From the NCBI GenBank assembly GCA_963782055.1, contig CAWAIF010000003.1:3872001-3936000 (forward strand): a DNA stretch of 64,000 nt, in the 5' to 3' direction. This stretch comes from an uncultured delta proteobacterium (lineage in GTDB: Bacteria; Myxococcota_A; Polyangia; Polyangiales; Polyangiaceae). Below are positions 52,794-64,000 of this stretch, piece by piece; the first letter of the stretch is position 1; every line of letters starts with the position of its first letter. Position numbers and translations under genes: made by a program. The notes under the pieces were generated by a model, which searched no databases, had not been told where the DNA came from, and worked only from the letters and a program-made list of their open reading frames with translations.

Positions 52794-53138
52794 ATGCCGA
52801 ACGAGATCAAGCCCGGCGGAGGGCAACCTGGTGGGCCGGCCGAAGAGCTCGACGTCAAGGTGCGCCCGAAGAGCGTCACCCCGCGCCGCTACAAGGTCAT
52901 CTTCCACAACGACGACTACACCACGATGGAGTTCGTCGTCCTCGCGCTGATGCAGTTTTTCCACAAGAACGAGGCCGAGGCGACGCACATCATGCTCACC
53001 GTGCACAAGAAGGGTCGCGGCATCGCCGGCGTCTACAGCCGCGACGTGGCCGAGACGAAGGTCGCCGAGGTCACCGACTTCGCGCGCGAGTACGGCATGC
53101 CGCTGCTCGTCACGGCGGAGCCGGAGTCGGAGTCCTAG
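52794..53138 (+). CDS. clpS: ATP-dependent Clp protease adaptor
   Basis: [30 protein letters not shown]. Confidence 0.96.
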   Translation: MPNEIKPGGGQPGGPAEELDVKVRPKSVTPRRYKVIFHNDDYTTMEFVVLALMQFFHKNEAEATHIMLTVHKKGRGIAGVYSRDVAETKVAEVTDFAREYGMPLLVTAEPESES

Positions 53139-53145
53139 GAGCCCC

Positions 53146-55455
<2,310 letters not shown>

Positions 55456-55541
55456 CCGAGAACGGCCTTTCCGAAAAAAAAATGGCGCGGCGCGCAACCC
55501 CGAGTGCCGCTCGAGCATACGTACATATGGTGGGTATGCAC

Positions 55542-56159
55542 ATGGCTCGAATGATCGACATCACAAAGGGGCTCGTAACCATTTCACCCTTTCCCGAGGA
55601 GCTGCTCGCGGCTCTGCCGGAGTTCGGCATAAGGCCCCGCGCGGCGCCCCTCGAAGAGGCGCTGCGCGACGAGGGCACCGACGTCTTGCTCCTGGCGGTC
55701 CGCAGCCCGGACGACTTCGGCACCATCAGCGCGGCACGTGGCGGCCGCCCGCAGGCGACGCACGTCGCCGCGTGCACCGACGCCATGTGGGTCGGCGACG
55801 CGCTCCGACACGGGGCGGACTTCGCCGTCCACGCCAACGGCGACGCGCTCGTCTCCGCCGTGAAGCGCGCCACCGAGCACGCGGCCCTGCGCCGCAAGCT
55901 CGCGGCGTTCGAGCGGGCGGCGGCCGCGACCATCCCCGGCTCCAAGCTGGAGGACATCGAGCGCCAGGCCATCCTGGTCGCGCTGGACGCGGCCGGTGGC
56001 AGCACCGCCCGCGCCGCGGCGATGCTCGACGTGAGCGTCCGCAAGATCCAGTACAAGCTCCACGACTACGGGGTCGCCCCGCGGCGCCGTACGGCCGCGG
56101 CCGTCCACGCCTCCATTCACGGACAGGTGGCGCACACGAACGGTGGCGCCAGGTACTGA
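55542..56159 (+). CDS. Fis-type HTH protein with degenerate receiver-like N-terminus
   Basis: LEDIERQAILVAL..GSTARAAAMLDVSVRKIQYKL; no AAA+ domain. Confidence 0.72.
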   Translation: MARMIDITKGLVTISPFPEELLAALPEFGIRPRAAPLEEALRDEGTDVLLLAVRSPDDFGTISAARGGRPQATHVAACTDAMWVGDALRHGADFAVHANGDALVSAVKRATEHAALRRKLAAFERAAAATIPGSKLEDIERQAILVALDAAGGSTARAAAMLDVSVRKIQYKLHDYGVAPRRRTAAAVHASIHGQVAHTNGGARY

Positions 56160-56171
56160 ACGGGTGTACAG
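56156..56171. promoter_or_regulatory. LexA (SOS) box
   Basis: CTGAACGGGTGTACAG; reverse complement CTGTACACCCGTTCAG fits the Myxococcus-type consensus CTRHAMRYBYGTTCAG; ends 8 bp before the radical SAM start. Confidence 0.8.
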
Positions 56172-56179
56172 TATGACGA

Positions 56180-57235
56180 GTGAGGCCCCTGCCGCTCGTC
56201 AACCCCCCGAATCCCTTCGCCAAGACGGAGGTCGTGTATCTCGAGGGGGATACCCCCGGTGTCCGGCTGGAGGTCCACCTCGACCGCTCCGGTAGCGTCC
56301 TCTCCCGCAACGACAGCCCGGATCTGGGGTTCACCTACAGCGTGAACCCCTACCGCGGCTGCTTCCACGGCTGCGCGTACTGCTACGCCCGCCCGACGCA
56401 CGAGTACCTGGGCTTCGGCGCGGGCACCGACTTCGAGCGGAAGATCGTGGTGAAGCCGGACGCACCGGCGTTGCTCCGCCGCGCCCTGCGCTCCGCGCGC
56501 ATGGCCGGGCGGCTGATCATGTTCAGCGGCGTGACCGACTGTTACCAGCCGCTGGAGTCGCGCTACCGCCTCACCCGCGGCTGCCTCGAGGCGTGCCTCG
56601 AGCACCGCAACCCGGTCCACGTCGTCACCAAGTCGCCGCTCGTCGAGCGAGACGTGGACGTGCTGCTCGCCCTCTCCCGGGTGGCGCGCGTGGGCGTCTC
56701 GGTGAGCATCCCCTTCTTCCAGGAGGAGCACGCGCGCGCGCTGGAGCCGTACGTCACCACGCCGGCGCGCCGCCTGAAGACCATCGAGCGGCTCGCGCGC
56801 GCGGGCGTCCCCGTCGGCGTCAGCGTCGCTCCCATCGTGCCCGGCCTCGGCGACGAGGACATCCCCGCCGTGCTCCGCGCGGCGAGGGACGCCGGCGCGA
56901 CCTGGGCGTGGCACGCCCTGCTACGCCTCCCGGGCCACGTGCAGGACGTCTTCGTCGCCCGGCTGAAGGAGACGCTCCCCCTGCGTGCGGATTGGGTGCT
57001 CGCGCGCATCCGCGAGACGCGCGACGGCAAGCTGAACGACGCCACCTTCGGCAAGCGCGCCCGCGGGGAGGGGCCCTACGCCGAGACGCTCACCCGCCTC
57101 TTCGAGACGACGGCGCGCCGCCTCGGGCTGGCGTCCGGGGCGGCGGTGGACGAGACGCCGCTCGCCCCCCTGGCCGACGCCGCGCCTCCGGCGGCCCCCG
57201 CGCAGCCTCGGCGCCGTCAGCTCACCCTCTTCTGA
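56180..57235 (+). CDS. PA0069/Rv2578c-family radical SAM protein (SPL-related, putative DNA repair)
   Basis: NDSPDLGF.YSVNPYRGCFHGCAYCYAR, TDCYQP, C-terminal QLTLF. Confidence 0.9.
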   Translation: MRPLPLVNPPNPFAKTEVVYLEGDTPGVRLEVHLDRSGSVLSRNDSPDLGFTYSVNPYRGCFHGCAYCYARPTHEYLGFGAGTDFERKIVVKPDAPALLRRALRSARMAGRLIMFSGVTDCYQPLESRYRLTRGCLEACLEHRNPVHVVTKSPLVERDVDVLLALSRVARVGVSVSIPFFQEEHARALEPYVTTPARRLKTIERLARAGVPVGVSVAPIVPGLGDEDIPAVLRAARDAGATWAWHALLRLPGHVQDVFVARLKETLPLRADWVLARIRETRDGKLNDATFGKRARGEGPYAETLTRLFETTARRLGLASGAAVDETPLAPLADAAPPAAPAQPRRRQLTLF

Positions 57236-57270
57236 CGCCAATCGTCGGCGGACGCGTTTTTCGCTAACGT

Positions 57271-59262
57271 GTGCGACTCCTCATGCGGGTCCTGCGCCAC
57301 GCCGCCGTCGCCCTGCTCCTGTTCGCCGACGCCACGTCGCGCGCGCAGCCCGCGGGCACCGATCCGGGCGCCGTCTACGACGACGACGCGTCCCTGCCGC
57401 AGCACGCCGACGACGTCGCCGACTACACCCTCACCGCGACGCTCGACCCGGTGGCGCACACCGTCCACGGCGAGGGCACCATCCGCTGGCGCAACGCGAG
57501 CGGCGTGTGGGTGCACGAGCTCTGGATGCACCTTTACCTCAACGCCTTCAAGAACGAGCGGAGCGTCTTTCTGCGCGAGCCGGTCGGGCGCTTCCGCGGC
57601 AACAGCGCGGTGCGTGACTGGGGCTACATCGACGTGCGCAAGCTCACCCTGCGCCCGCGCGACCCCGTCGGTTCTCCCGCCGACCTCTGGAAGCACGCCG
57701 AGCTGCACCGCCCGGGCGACGAGGACGAGACCGACGTGCACGTCCCGCTCCCGCGCGACATCGCTCCCGGCGAGACCATCACGATGGACGTCGTCTTCGA
57801 CGACAAGCTCCCGTCGGTGGTGGAGCGCACCGGGTACTACGGCTCCTTCCACATGGTGGGCCAGTGGTTCCCCAAGATCGCGCGCCTCGAGCCGGACGGC
57901 CGCTGGGCGCACTTCCCCTTCCACCACCTCGCCGAGTTCTACTCCGACTTCGGCACCTACGACGTCACCCTGCGCGTGCCGGAGTCCTTCACCATCGGCG
58001 CGACCGGGCCGACGGTGGAGTCGCGCATCGAGGCGGGCACGCGCGTCGAGCGCCACGTGCAGAGCGACATCCACGACTTCGCCTGGTCCGCCTACGACCA
58101 CTTCGAGAAGCGCGAGGAGACCATCGACGGCGTGAAGGTGACCGTGCTCACCCCGCGTGGCTTCGGCTACGACGCCGGGCGCGAGCTCGCGACGATGCGC
58201 TTCGCCCTCCCGTATTACGACAAGCGCTACGGCAGGTACCCGTACTCGGTGCTCACGCTGGTGCACCCGCCGGAGGGCGCGAGCGAGGCGGGCGGCATGG
58301 AGTATCCCACGCTCATCACCACCGGCGGCCCCTGGTACGGCCCGCCCGGCGTGATGGGGATCGAGCTCGTCACCATCCACGAGTTCGGCCACCAGTGGTT
58401 TTACGGCATGCTCGCCTCCGACGAGGTGACCTGGCCCTTCCTCGACGAGGGCATGAACAGCTACGCCGAGCAGGACGCGCTCGCGGCGTGGCGCGGCGGG
58501 GGGTCGGTCGTCGACCTTCTGGGGCTGAAGGTGAGCGACGGCGCGCTGGACGGCTGGGTCTCCGCGCGCCGCGTGCACGACGCGCCCGTCGCGCAGCCCG
58601 CGTACAGCTTCGCCACCGGCCAGGACTACGGCGCGCTGGTGTACGCGCGCACCGCCGCGCTCTTCGAGACCATCGATCGCGTCTACGGCGCCCAGGCCGG
58701 CGCGCGCGCGATCGGCCGCTACGCGCGTCGCGCGCGCTTCCACCACCCGGTGCCAGGCGATCTGCTCGCCAGCTACGAGGAGGTGCTCGGCCCGGACGTG
58801 CGGGCGACCCTGGAGGAGGGGCTCTTCCACGAGGGGTGGGTGGACTACTCCGTCTTCTCGGTGGACAGCCACCGCGCGCGCCTCGCCGCCGGCGTCTTCG
58901 ACCGGCAGGGCAAGCGGGAGACCGTCGCTGGCGCCGCGACCAAGGGCGGCGGCTACGACGGCTGGGTGCTCGTCGCGCGCCACGGCACCCTGCGATTCCC
59001 GGTCGACGTGGACCTGCACTACGCCGACGGCCGCGTCGAGCGAAAGACGTGGGACGGCGAGGGGCAGTACGGCCGGATCGCCTTCTCGTCGCAGAGCCCG
59101 CTCCGCTACGCGGTCGTGGACCCGGAGCACAAGGTGCTCGTCGACCAGGACTTCACCAACAACTTCGCGCGGGCGAGCGGCGCGCCGGAGGCGAGCACGT
59201 CGCGCACGCTGGAGCGCGCCACCTACGCCGGCCAGCTCCTGCTCTCCGGGGTGCTCCCGTGA
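57271..59262 (+). CDS. Secreted M1-family zinc metallopeptidase
   Basis: GGMEYP, HEFGHQW-x-LDEG. Confidence 0.9.
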   Translation: MRLLMRVLRHAAVALLLFADATSRAQPAGTDPGAVYDDDASLPQHADDVADYTLTATLDPVAHTVHGEGTIRWRNASGVWVHELWMHLYLNAFKNERSVFLREPVGRFRGNSAVRDWGYIDVRKLTLRPRDPVGSPADLWKHAELHRPGDEDETDVHVPLPRDIAPGETITMDVVFDDKLPSVVERTGYYGSFHMVGQWFPKIARLEPDGRWAHFPFHHLAEFYSDFGTYDVTLRVPESFTIGATGPTVESRIEAGTRVERHVQSDIHDFAWSAYDHFEKREETIDGVKVTVLTPRGFGYDAGRELATMRFALPYYDKRYGRYPYSVLTLVHPPEGASEAGGMEYPTLITTGGPWYGPPGVMGIELVTIHEFGHQWFYGMLASDEVTWPFLDEGMNSYAEQDALAAWRGGGSVVDLLGLKVSDGALDGWVSARRVHDAPVAQPAYSFATGQDYGALVYARTAALFETIDRVYGAQAGARAIGRYARRARFHHPVPGDLLASYEEVLGPDVRATLEEGLFHEGWVDYSVFSVDSHRARLAAGVFDRQGKRETVAGAATKGGGYDGWVLVARHGTLRFPVDVDLHYADGRVERKTWDGEGQYGRIAFSSQSPLRYAVVDPEHKVLVDQDFTNNFARASGAPEASTSRTLERATYAGQLLLSGVLP

Positions 59263-60236
59263 CCGAGCCGACGAGCGCGCGCGAGCAGGGGACGCCGTCG
59301 TCGCGCGGACCGGACGTCGGCGGGCCGGAGTCGGTCCGCAAGGGCACGCGCCTCGTGCTCCTGGCCAACCACGCGATGCGCGCGCGGCGGCGCCCGCGGG
59401 CCATCCTCGTCCTGTACGCCTACCAGACCATCCTCGCCCTGCTCGTCGCGTGGCCGGTGGCCAGCGCGGTGGGCGCGACGTACGGCTCGCACCCCCGCGG
59501 CGACGCGGTGCTCTTCGACCCCGGCGGCTACAATCTCCTCGCCTTCGTGCGCGCATCGCAGAGCGCCATCACGCCGTTGTTCACGCTGGCGCTCGTGGTG
59601 GTCGCCTTCGGCGCGCTGCTCGGGCTGGTGCCGCTCATCGCGCTCATCACGTCCATCGCGCACACCACACCGGACGTCAGGGCGCCGCGCGCGCGCCACG
59701 TGGCTCCGTACGTGATGGCCACCTTCGCCCCGATGACGATCCTGCTCGTGGCGGCGGGCGCGCTCGAGCTGGCCGTCCTGGTGGTCGGCCTCGTCGCCTT
59801 CGGCGCGGTCCGCCAGAGCCTCGCGACGAGCGCCGGCGAGGCGCACGCCGACCAGATCGCCGCCGTGGTGCTCGTGCTCTTCCTCCTGGCGCTCGCCGCG
59901 GTCGGGGTGGTCCACGACCTGGCGCGCGCGGCGCTGGTGCGCTTCCGCGCGTCCGTGCTTCAGGCGCTGCGCGCGGCGCTGGTGACCTACCTCAAGCGTC
60001 CCTGGCGATTGCTCTGGTCGTGGGGGTGGCGCAGCGGCTCCGGCTGGCTGGCGGTGACCCTGGTCGCCCTCCTCGCCGCGCGGCTGGGGGCCTCCACCGC
60101 CGCCCTGGTGGCGCTCGTGTGCCTGCACCAGCTCGTGGCGGCGGCGCGGGTCGGGCTGCGCGCGTCCTGGCTCGCCGAGGCCCTGCGTAGCGTGGACGAG
60201 GTGCCCAATCCGCCACGCTCCAGCCGCTTGCTGTAA
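59259..60236 (+). CDS. Multi-TM membrane protein coupled to the M1 peptidase
   Basis: GTGA overlap; about 6 hydrophobic segments. Confidence 0.7.
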   Translation: MTEPTSAREQGTPSSRGPDVGGPESVRKGTRLVLLANHAMRARRRPRAILVLYAYQTILALLVAWPVASAVGATYGSHPRGDAVLFDPGGYNLLAFVRASQSAITPLFTLALVVVAFGALLGLVPLIALITSIAHTTPDVRAPRARHVAPYVMATFAPMTILLVAAGALELAVLVVGLVAFGAVRQSLATSAGEAHADQIAAVVLVLFLLALAAVGVVHDLARAALVRFRASVLQALRAALVTYLKRPWRLLWSWGWRSGSGWLAVTLVALLAARLGASTAALVALVCLHQLVAAARVGLRASWLAEALRSVDEVPNPPRSSRLL

Positions 60237-60363
60237 ATTTCCACCATCGGCAGAATTTGCGCCTGCAGGGCGGATTTTGGGTTCCCAGGGTCGCGCTGGG
60301 TGGCTATCCCCTCTGTGGGCCGGTCCGGTTTCGACACACCGAGTCAATCCGTACGGATGACCC

Positions 60364-61362
60364 GTGTTTCAGCCGCGGGTGGGCCATCAGAGGTACCTAT
60401 TGCAGCACAGTCCGCGACTGCTCACCCTCGCCGCGCTCACGCCGCTCCTTGCCGCCAGCGTCCTCTCCAGCAGCCTCGGGGGCTGCAGCCACCAGGTCCC
60501 CTCCCCCGCCGTCGCGGCGGCGGTGGCGCCGGCCTTCGTGCGCGGGCCGATGCAGCGTAGCCGCGCCGGGGCGCGCTATGATCAGCGCGGCGCGCGACTC
60601 GCGCCGGTCCAGGATCTGCGACTGCTGCCGACGCCCCGCCCCTCGAGCCTCGCCGACAGCCTGCTCGACGACGACCGGCCCCTGCCCGACAACGGCCTCT
60701 GCCCGCCGGACATGGCCTCCATCGACGACCGCTTCTGCATCGATCGCTACGAGGCCTCGCTGGTCGAGATCCTGCCCAACGGCGAGGAGCGCCCCTGGTC
60801 GCCCTTCGAGTCGCTGGACAGCGCGGGCGGTCACCCGGTGGTGCGCGCCATGAGCGCCGGCGGCGTCGTCCCGCAGGCGTACATCAACGAGGTGCAGGCG
60901 AAGGCGGCCTGCGCGCGCTCCGGCAAGCGGCTCTGCGAGCCCACCGAGTGGCGGAAGGCGTGCATGGGACCGTCCAAGACGACCTACCCCTACGGCCGCA
61001 CCGACGAGCCCGGCGTCTGCAACGATCACGGGCGCGCGCCGATGCTGGCGCTCTTCCACCTGGGCGGCGGCAGCAACCCGAAGCTCTGGCCGAAGCACAT
61101 GAACGACCCGCGGCTGGATCAGCTCCCGGGCACCGTCGCGCTCACCGGCTCGCACTCCGGCTGCACCAACGGCTACGGCGTCTACGACATGGTCGGCAAC
61201 GTGCACGAGTGGGTCGACGACCCGAAGGGCACCTTCCAGGGCGGCTTCTACCTGGACACGCACGAGCTCGGTGACGGCTGCAAGTACCGCACGCCCGGGC
61301 ACGACATCTACTACCACGACTACTCGACCGGCTTCCGGTGCTGCGCCGACGTCGCGCCCTGA
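60364..61362 (+). CDS. SUMF1/FGE-sulfatase-fold domain protein, probable lipoprotein
   Basis: CPPDM, FCIDRYE, GKRLC..EW..AC, YDMVGNVHEW, GFRCC. Confidence 0.85.
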   Translation: MFQPRVGHQRYLLQHSPRLLTLAALTPLLAASVLSSSLGGCSHQVPSPAVAAAVAPAFVRGPMQRSRAGARYDQRGARLAPVQDLRLLPTPRPSSLADSLLDDDRPLPDNGLCPPDMASIDDRFCIDRYEASLVEILPNGEERPWSPFESLDSAGGHPVVRAMSAGGVVPQAYINEVQAKAACARSGKRLCEPTEWRKACMGPSKTTYPYGRTDEPGVCNDHGRAPMLALFHLGGGSNPKLWPKHMNDPRLDQLPGTVALTGSHSGCTNGYGVYDMVGNVHEWVDDPKGTFQGGFYLDTHELGDGCKYRTPGHDIYYHDYSTGFRCCADVAP

Positions 61363-61368
61363 GAGGTT

Positions 61369-62454
61369 GTGACGGACCCGGGATGCGCCTCTCGCAGCCT
61401 CAGGAGGGCGCTTGTGGCGGGGGCATCCCTCGCGCTGAGCGCCGCGCTCCTCGCGTGCCCCTCGGCGCCTGAGCGACCGGCGCCCCCGCATCCTCCTCCG
61501 ACCGCGGCGACCTCCGCCGCGCCGACCGCGTCGAGCGTGCGCGCGACGGCCGAGCTGGACGCGTCGGTCGCGCCTGCCCCCCACCCCCGGGCGCTGCCCG
61601 GCCTCGCCGTGGTCGACCAGTGCGTGGTGCCGCGCACGCCGGCGCAGGACGCCGGCATACCGATGGACTTCGATATCCCCTACGGCCCCGACGAGCGGCA
61701 GCGGGTGGACATCGCCTGGCCGGAGGGCAAGCCGAAGGGGCTGGTGGTGCTCATCCACGGCGGCGGATGGACGGCGGGCTACAAGGCGCTCTTCCGCCCC
61801 ACGGCGCGCACCCTCGCGAGCCTCGGCTACGTCGCCGCGACCGTCGGCTACCGCATGGCCCGCGACGACGCGCGCGCCTTCCCGGTGGGCCTCGCCGACG
61901 TGCGCTGCGGCATCCGTCTGGCGATGCGCAAGGCGCACGAGCGTGGCGCCATCCGGACCGCGCTGCTCGGCGCGTCGGCGGGCGCGCACCTGGCGGTGAT
62001 GGTGGACGTGGCGGGCGACGCGCAGGGCTTCGACGGCGACTGCCCCGAGAAGGGCCCCATCCACGTCGACGGCACCGTGGCGTACTACCCGCCGCTCGAC
62101 ATCGAGCACTCGCGCGAGCACTACCCCCCGCGCATGCAGAAGGCCGTGGATGAGCTGCTGCGCGTGGACGGCGGCCCGGCGGAGTGGATGGCGCACGCGC
62201 GCGCGGCCACGCCGGCCAACTACGTCGACTCCTCCGACCCGCCCATCCTCCTCTTGCACGGGCACGACGACCCCATCGTCCCGGTGCAGGATTCCCGCGA
62301 CTTCGAGCGATTGTTGCGGCGTGCCCACGTGCCCACGCGCTTCGTCGAGGTGCCGGGGGAGAAGCACGGCTTCTTCGTGCTGGGCCGGCGCGCCGCCCTG
62401 CGCCGCGCGAGCTGCACCGCGCTTCGTTTTCTGGAGGTGGTGCTCGGCCCCTGA
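61369..62454 (+). CDS. HSL-family alpha/beta hydrolase (esterase), probable lipoprotein
   Basis: HGGGW, GASAGAHL, HG.DDPIVP, HGF. Confidence 0.88.
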   Translation: MTDPGCASRSLRRALVAGASLALSAALLACPSAPERPAPPHPPPTAATSAAPTASSVRATAELDASVAPAPHPRALPGLAVVDQCVVPRTPAQDAGIPMDFDIPYGPDERQRVDIAWPEGKPKGLVVLIHGGGWTAGYKALFRPTARTLASLGYVAATVGYRMARDDARAFPVGLADVRCGIRLAMRKAHERGAIRTALLGASAGAHLAVMVDVAGDAQGFDGDCPEKGPIHVDGTVAYYPPLDIEHSREHYPPRMQKAVDELLRVDGGPAEWMAHARAATPANYVDSSDPPILLLHGHDDPIVPVQDSRDFERLLRRAHVPTRFVEVPGEKHGFFVLGRRAALRRASCTALRFLEVVLGP

Positions 62455-62469
62455 TAGAAGTGGGGGGTC

Positions 62470-63915
62470 ATGCGCCGCGCGCTGCTTCTCCTCCTGGCCG
62501 TCGCCACCCCGCTCGCCTGCCACAACACGAGCGCCGACACCGAGAGCCCCACGAAGAACGCCGCGAGCGCCGGGGTGACGGTCGCCGCGCCGGGCACCAA
62601 GGTGGCCGCCACCGCCGCGGCCGCCGCCGACCCGCAGGCGGCCAGGCTCCCGCCGCCCGCGCCGGCCTGTGAAGCCATCCCGGCCGACGCCTACGCGCTC
62701 CCCCCGCTGGACACGAAGGTGGTGACCGCGGCGCTCGGGCCCATCGTCGACGCCTCCGGCGACATGAACCGCTTCTACGAGCGCCTCGCCCGGCTGGTGC
62801 GCGGCGAGGCGAAGGACCACGTCCGCATCGGTGTCTACGGCGACTCCAACATGACGATGGACTTCATCACCGGCGCGATGCGCCGCATGTTCCAGGAGAA
62901 GCTCGGGGACGGCGGCCACGGCTTCGTCGCGCTCGCGCGCCCGTGGCCCTGGTACCGCCACATGGACGTGAAGATGGAGCTCGACGAGAAGAGGTGGCGC
63001 AAGATCGCCACGAGCACCAACCACGTCCGCGACGGCGAGTACGGGATGGCCAACATCGCCGCCGACAGCTCCACCCCCGGCGCGTGGAGCTGGGTGGCCA
63101 CGGCGGGCGACTCGCAGCCCATCGGCAAGGCGGTCAGCTCGGTAGATGTATTCTACATGAAACGGCCGAACGGCGGCGCCTTCGCCATCAAGGTGGACGG
63201 CAAGAAGGTGAAGGACGTGGTGGCCGCGTCCACCGAGACGACCGCCGCCTTCGAGCACCTGGACGTGCCCGACGGGCCGCACAAGATCGAGTGCGTCGTC
63301 GAGTCGGGTGACGTGCGCATGTTCGGCGCGTCGCTCGAGCGCGCCACGCCGAGCATCATCGTCGACTCGCTGGGCACCGGCGCGCTCAACTACGAGCAGA
63401 TGAGGCACGTGACGGCGGCGTCGCGCGACCCCATGCTCGAGCGCCGCAAGTACGACCTCATCGTCTTCCTCATCGGCACCAACCTCTTCGCGCCGGCCTA
63501 CCACGAGAAGTGGATGAGCACCGTCATCGACGGCATGGAGAAGGCGGTGCCCGGCACGCCCATCCTTGTGCTCAGCCCGCCGGACATCGAGCTGCACCAG
63601 TCGGACAAGCACTCCGACCCGCGCATCGTGAAGCTCTCCAGGCAGCTCGCAGACATCGCCGGGCGCCACCACTGGGCGTTCTGGGACTTCCGCGCGGCGA
63701 TGGGCGGCGACGACTCCATGCTGCGCTTCGCCCGCAAGGGCCTGGCGAACTGGGACCTCGTCCACCTGACGAAGGGCGGCGGCGCCATCATGGGGCGGCG
63801 GCTGGGCCACGCCCTCTTCGAGGGCTTCGCCGGCTACCTGAAGGAGCACCCGGACGCGGGCTGCAAGGCGCCGGTGGCCGCCGGCGACGCGCAGCAGCCG
63901 CAGGCCGCGAAGTAG
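62470..63915 (+). CDS. SGNH/GDSL hydrolase-family lipoprotein
   Basis: Lipobox PLAC; GDS, GTN, DLVH blocks. Confidence 0.82.
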   Translation: MRRALLLLLAVATPLACHNTSADTESPTKNAASAGVTVAAPGTKVAATAAAAADPQAARLPPPAPACEAIPADAYALPPLDTKVVTAALGPIVDASGDMNRFYERLARLVRGEAKDHVRIGVYGDSNMTMDFITGAMRRMFQEKLGDGGHGFVALARPWPWYRHMDVKMELDEKRWRKIATSTNHVRDGEYGMANIAADSSTPGAWSWVATAGDSQPIGKAVSSVDVFYMKRPNGGAFAIKVDGKKVKDVVAASTETTAAFEHLDVPDGPHKIECVVESGDVRMFGASLERATPSIIVDSLGTGALNYEQMRHVTAASRDPMLERRKYDLIVFLIGTNLFAPAYHEKWMSTVIDGMEKAVPGTPILVLSPPDIELHQSDKHSDPRIVKLSRQLADIAGRHHWAFWDFRAAMGGDDSMLRFARKGLANWDLVHLTKGGGAIMGRRLGHALFEGFAGYLKEHPDAGCKAPVAAGDAQQPQAAK

Positions 63916-63927
63916 CGAGGCGGCGGG

Positions 63928-64000
63928 CTACGCCTTGCCGAGCTTCTGCATCAGCGCCTCGTAGCGGCGCGCCGGGCCGTCCCAGCCGTGGTCCAGCCGC
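63928..64000 (-). CDS. C-terminal end of a probable glycogen synthase / GT-B glycosyltransferase (partial)
   Basis: RLDHGWDGPARRYEALMQKLGKA* resembles the W..ARRY..L tail of glycogen synthases. Confidence 0.4.
   Translation of the reverse strand, partial: RLDHGWDGPARRYEALMQKLGKA

Overview
This is a very GC-rich chromosomal window. Its gene content (Cys-rich lipoproteins, Ser/Thr kinase, PP2C phosphatase, a Myxococcus-type LexA box) suggests a myxobacterium; that assignment is inferred, not proven. Most of it is core genome: prs, an RlmI-like methyltransferase, a GH63 enzyme, purA-hisZ, an ECF sigma factor, xerC, pepP, frr, dedA, an acyl-CoA mutase, hemE-hemH-hemY, a MATE pump, clpS-clpA, a radical SAM gene and an M1 peptidase. 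A decaying accessory island (~36.1-43.4 kb) lies between the mutase and the heme genes. It holds a chain of minus-strand ORFs joined by 4-bp overlaps, in which BNR-like secreted protein C-termini alternate with Cys-rich lipoproteins. It also holds two precisely delimitable insertion sequences: an IS66-family element (8-bp target duplication) and an IS10-like IS4 element (9-bp duplication, nonsense-mutated transposase). Each splits a gene that can be rebuilt in frame. Other notable items: an m5U-methyltransferase/pseudouridine-synthase fusion, a non-canonical kinase next to a Tim44/Zn-ribbon/TerB-like protein, an SDR lacking catalytic residues, a Thr-type 'sulfatase', a DUF362/polyferredoxin pair upstream of the heme genes, and a G11 tract in a putative promoter spacer. 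No rRNA, tRNA or CRISPR array was recognised. All family calls come from motif recognition by eye, with no database search.
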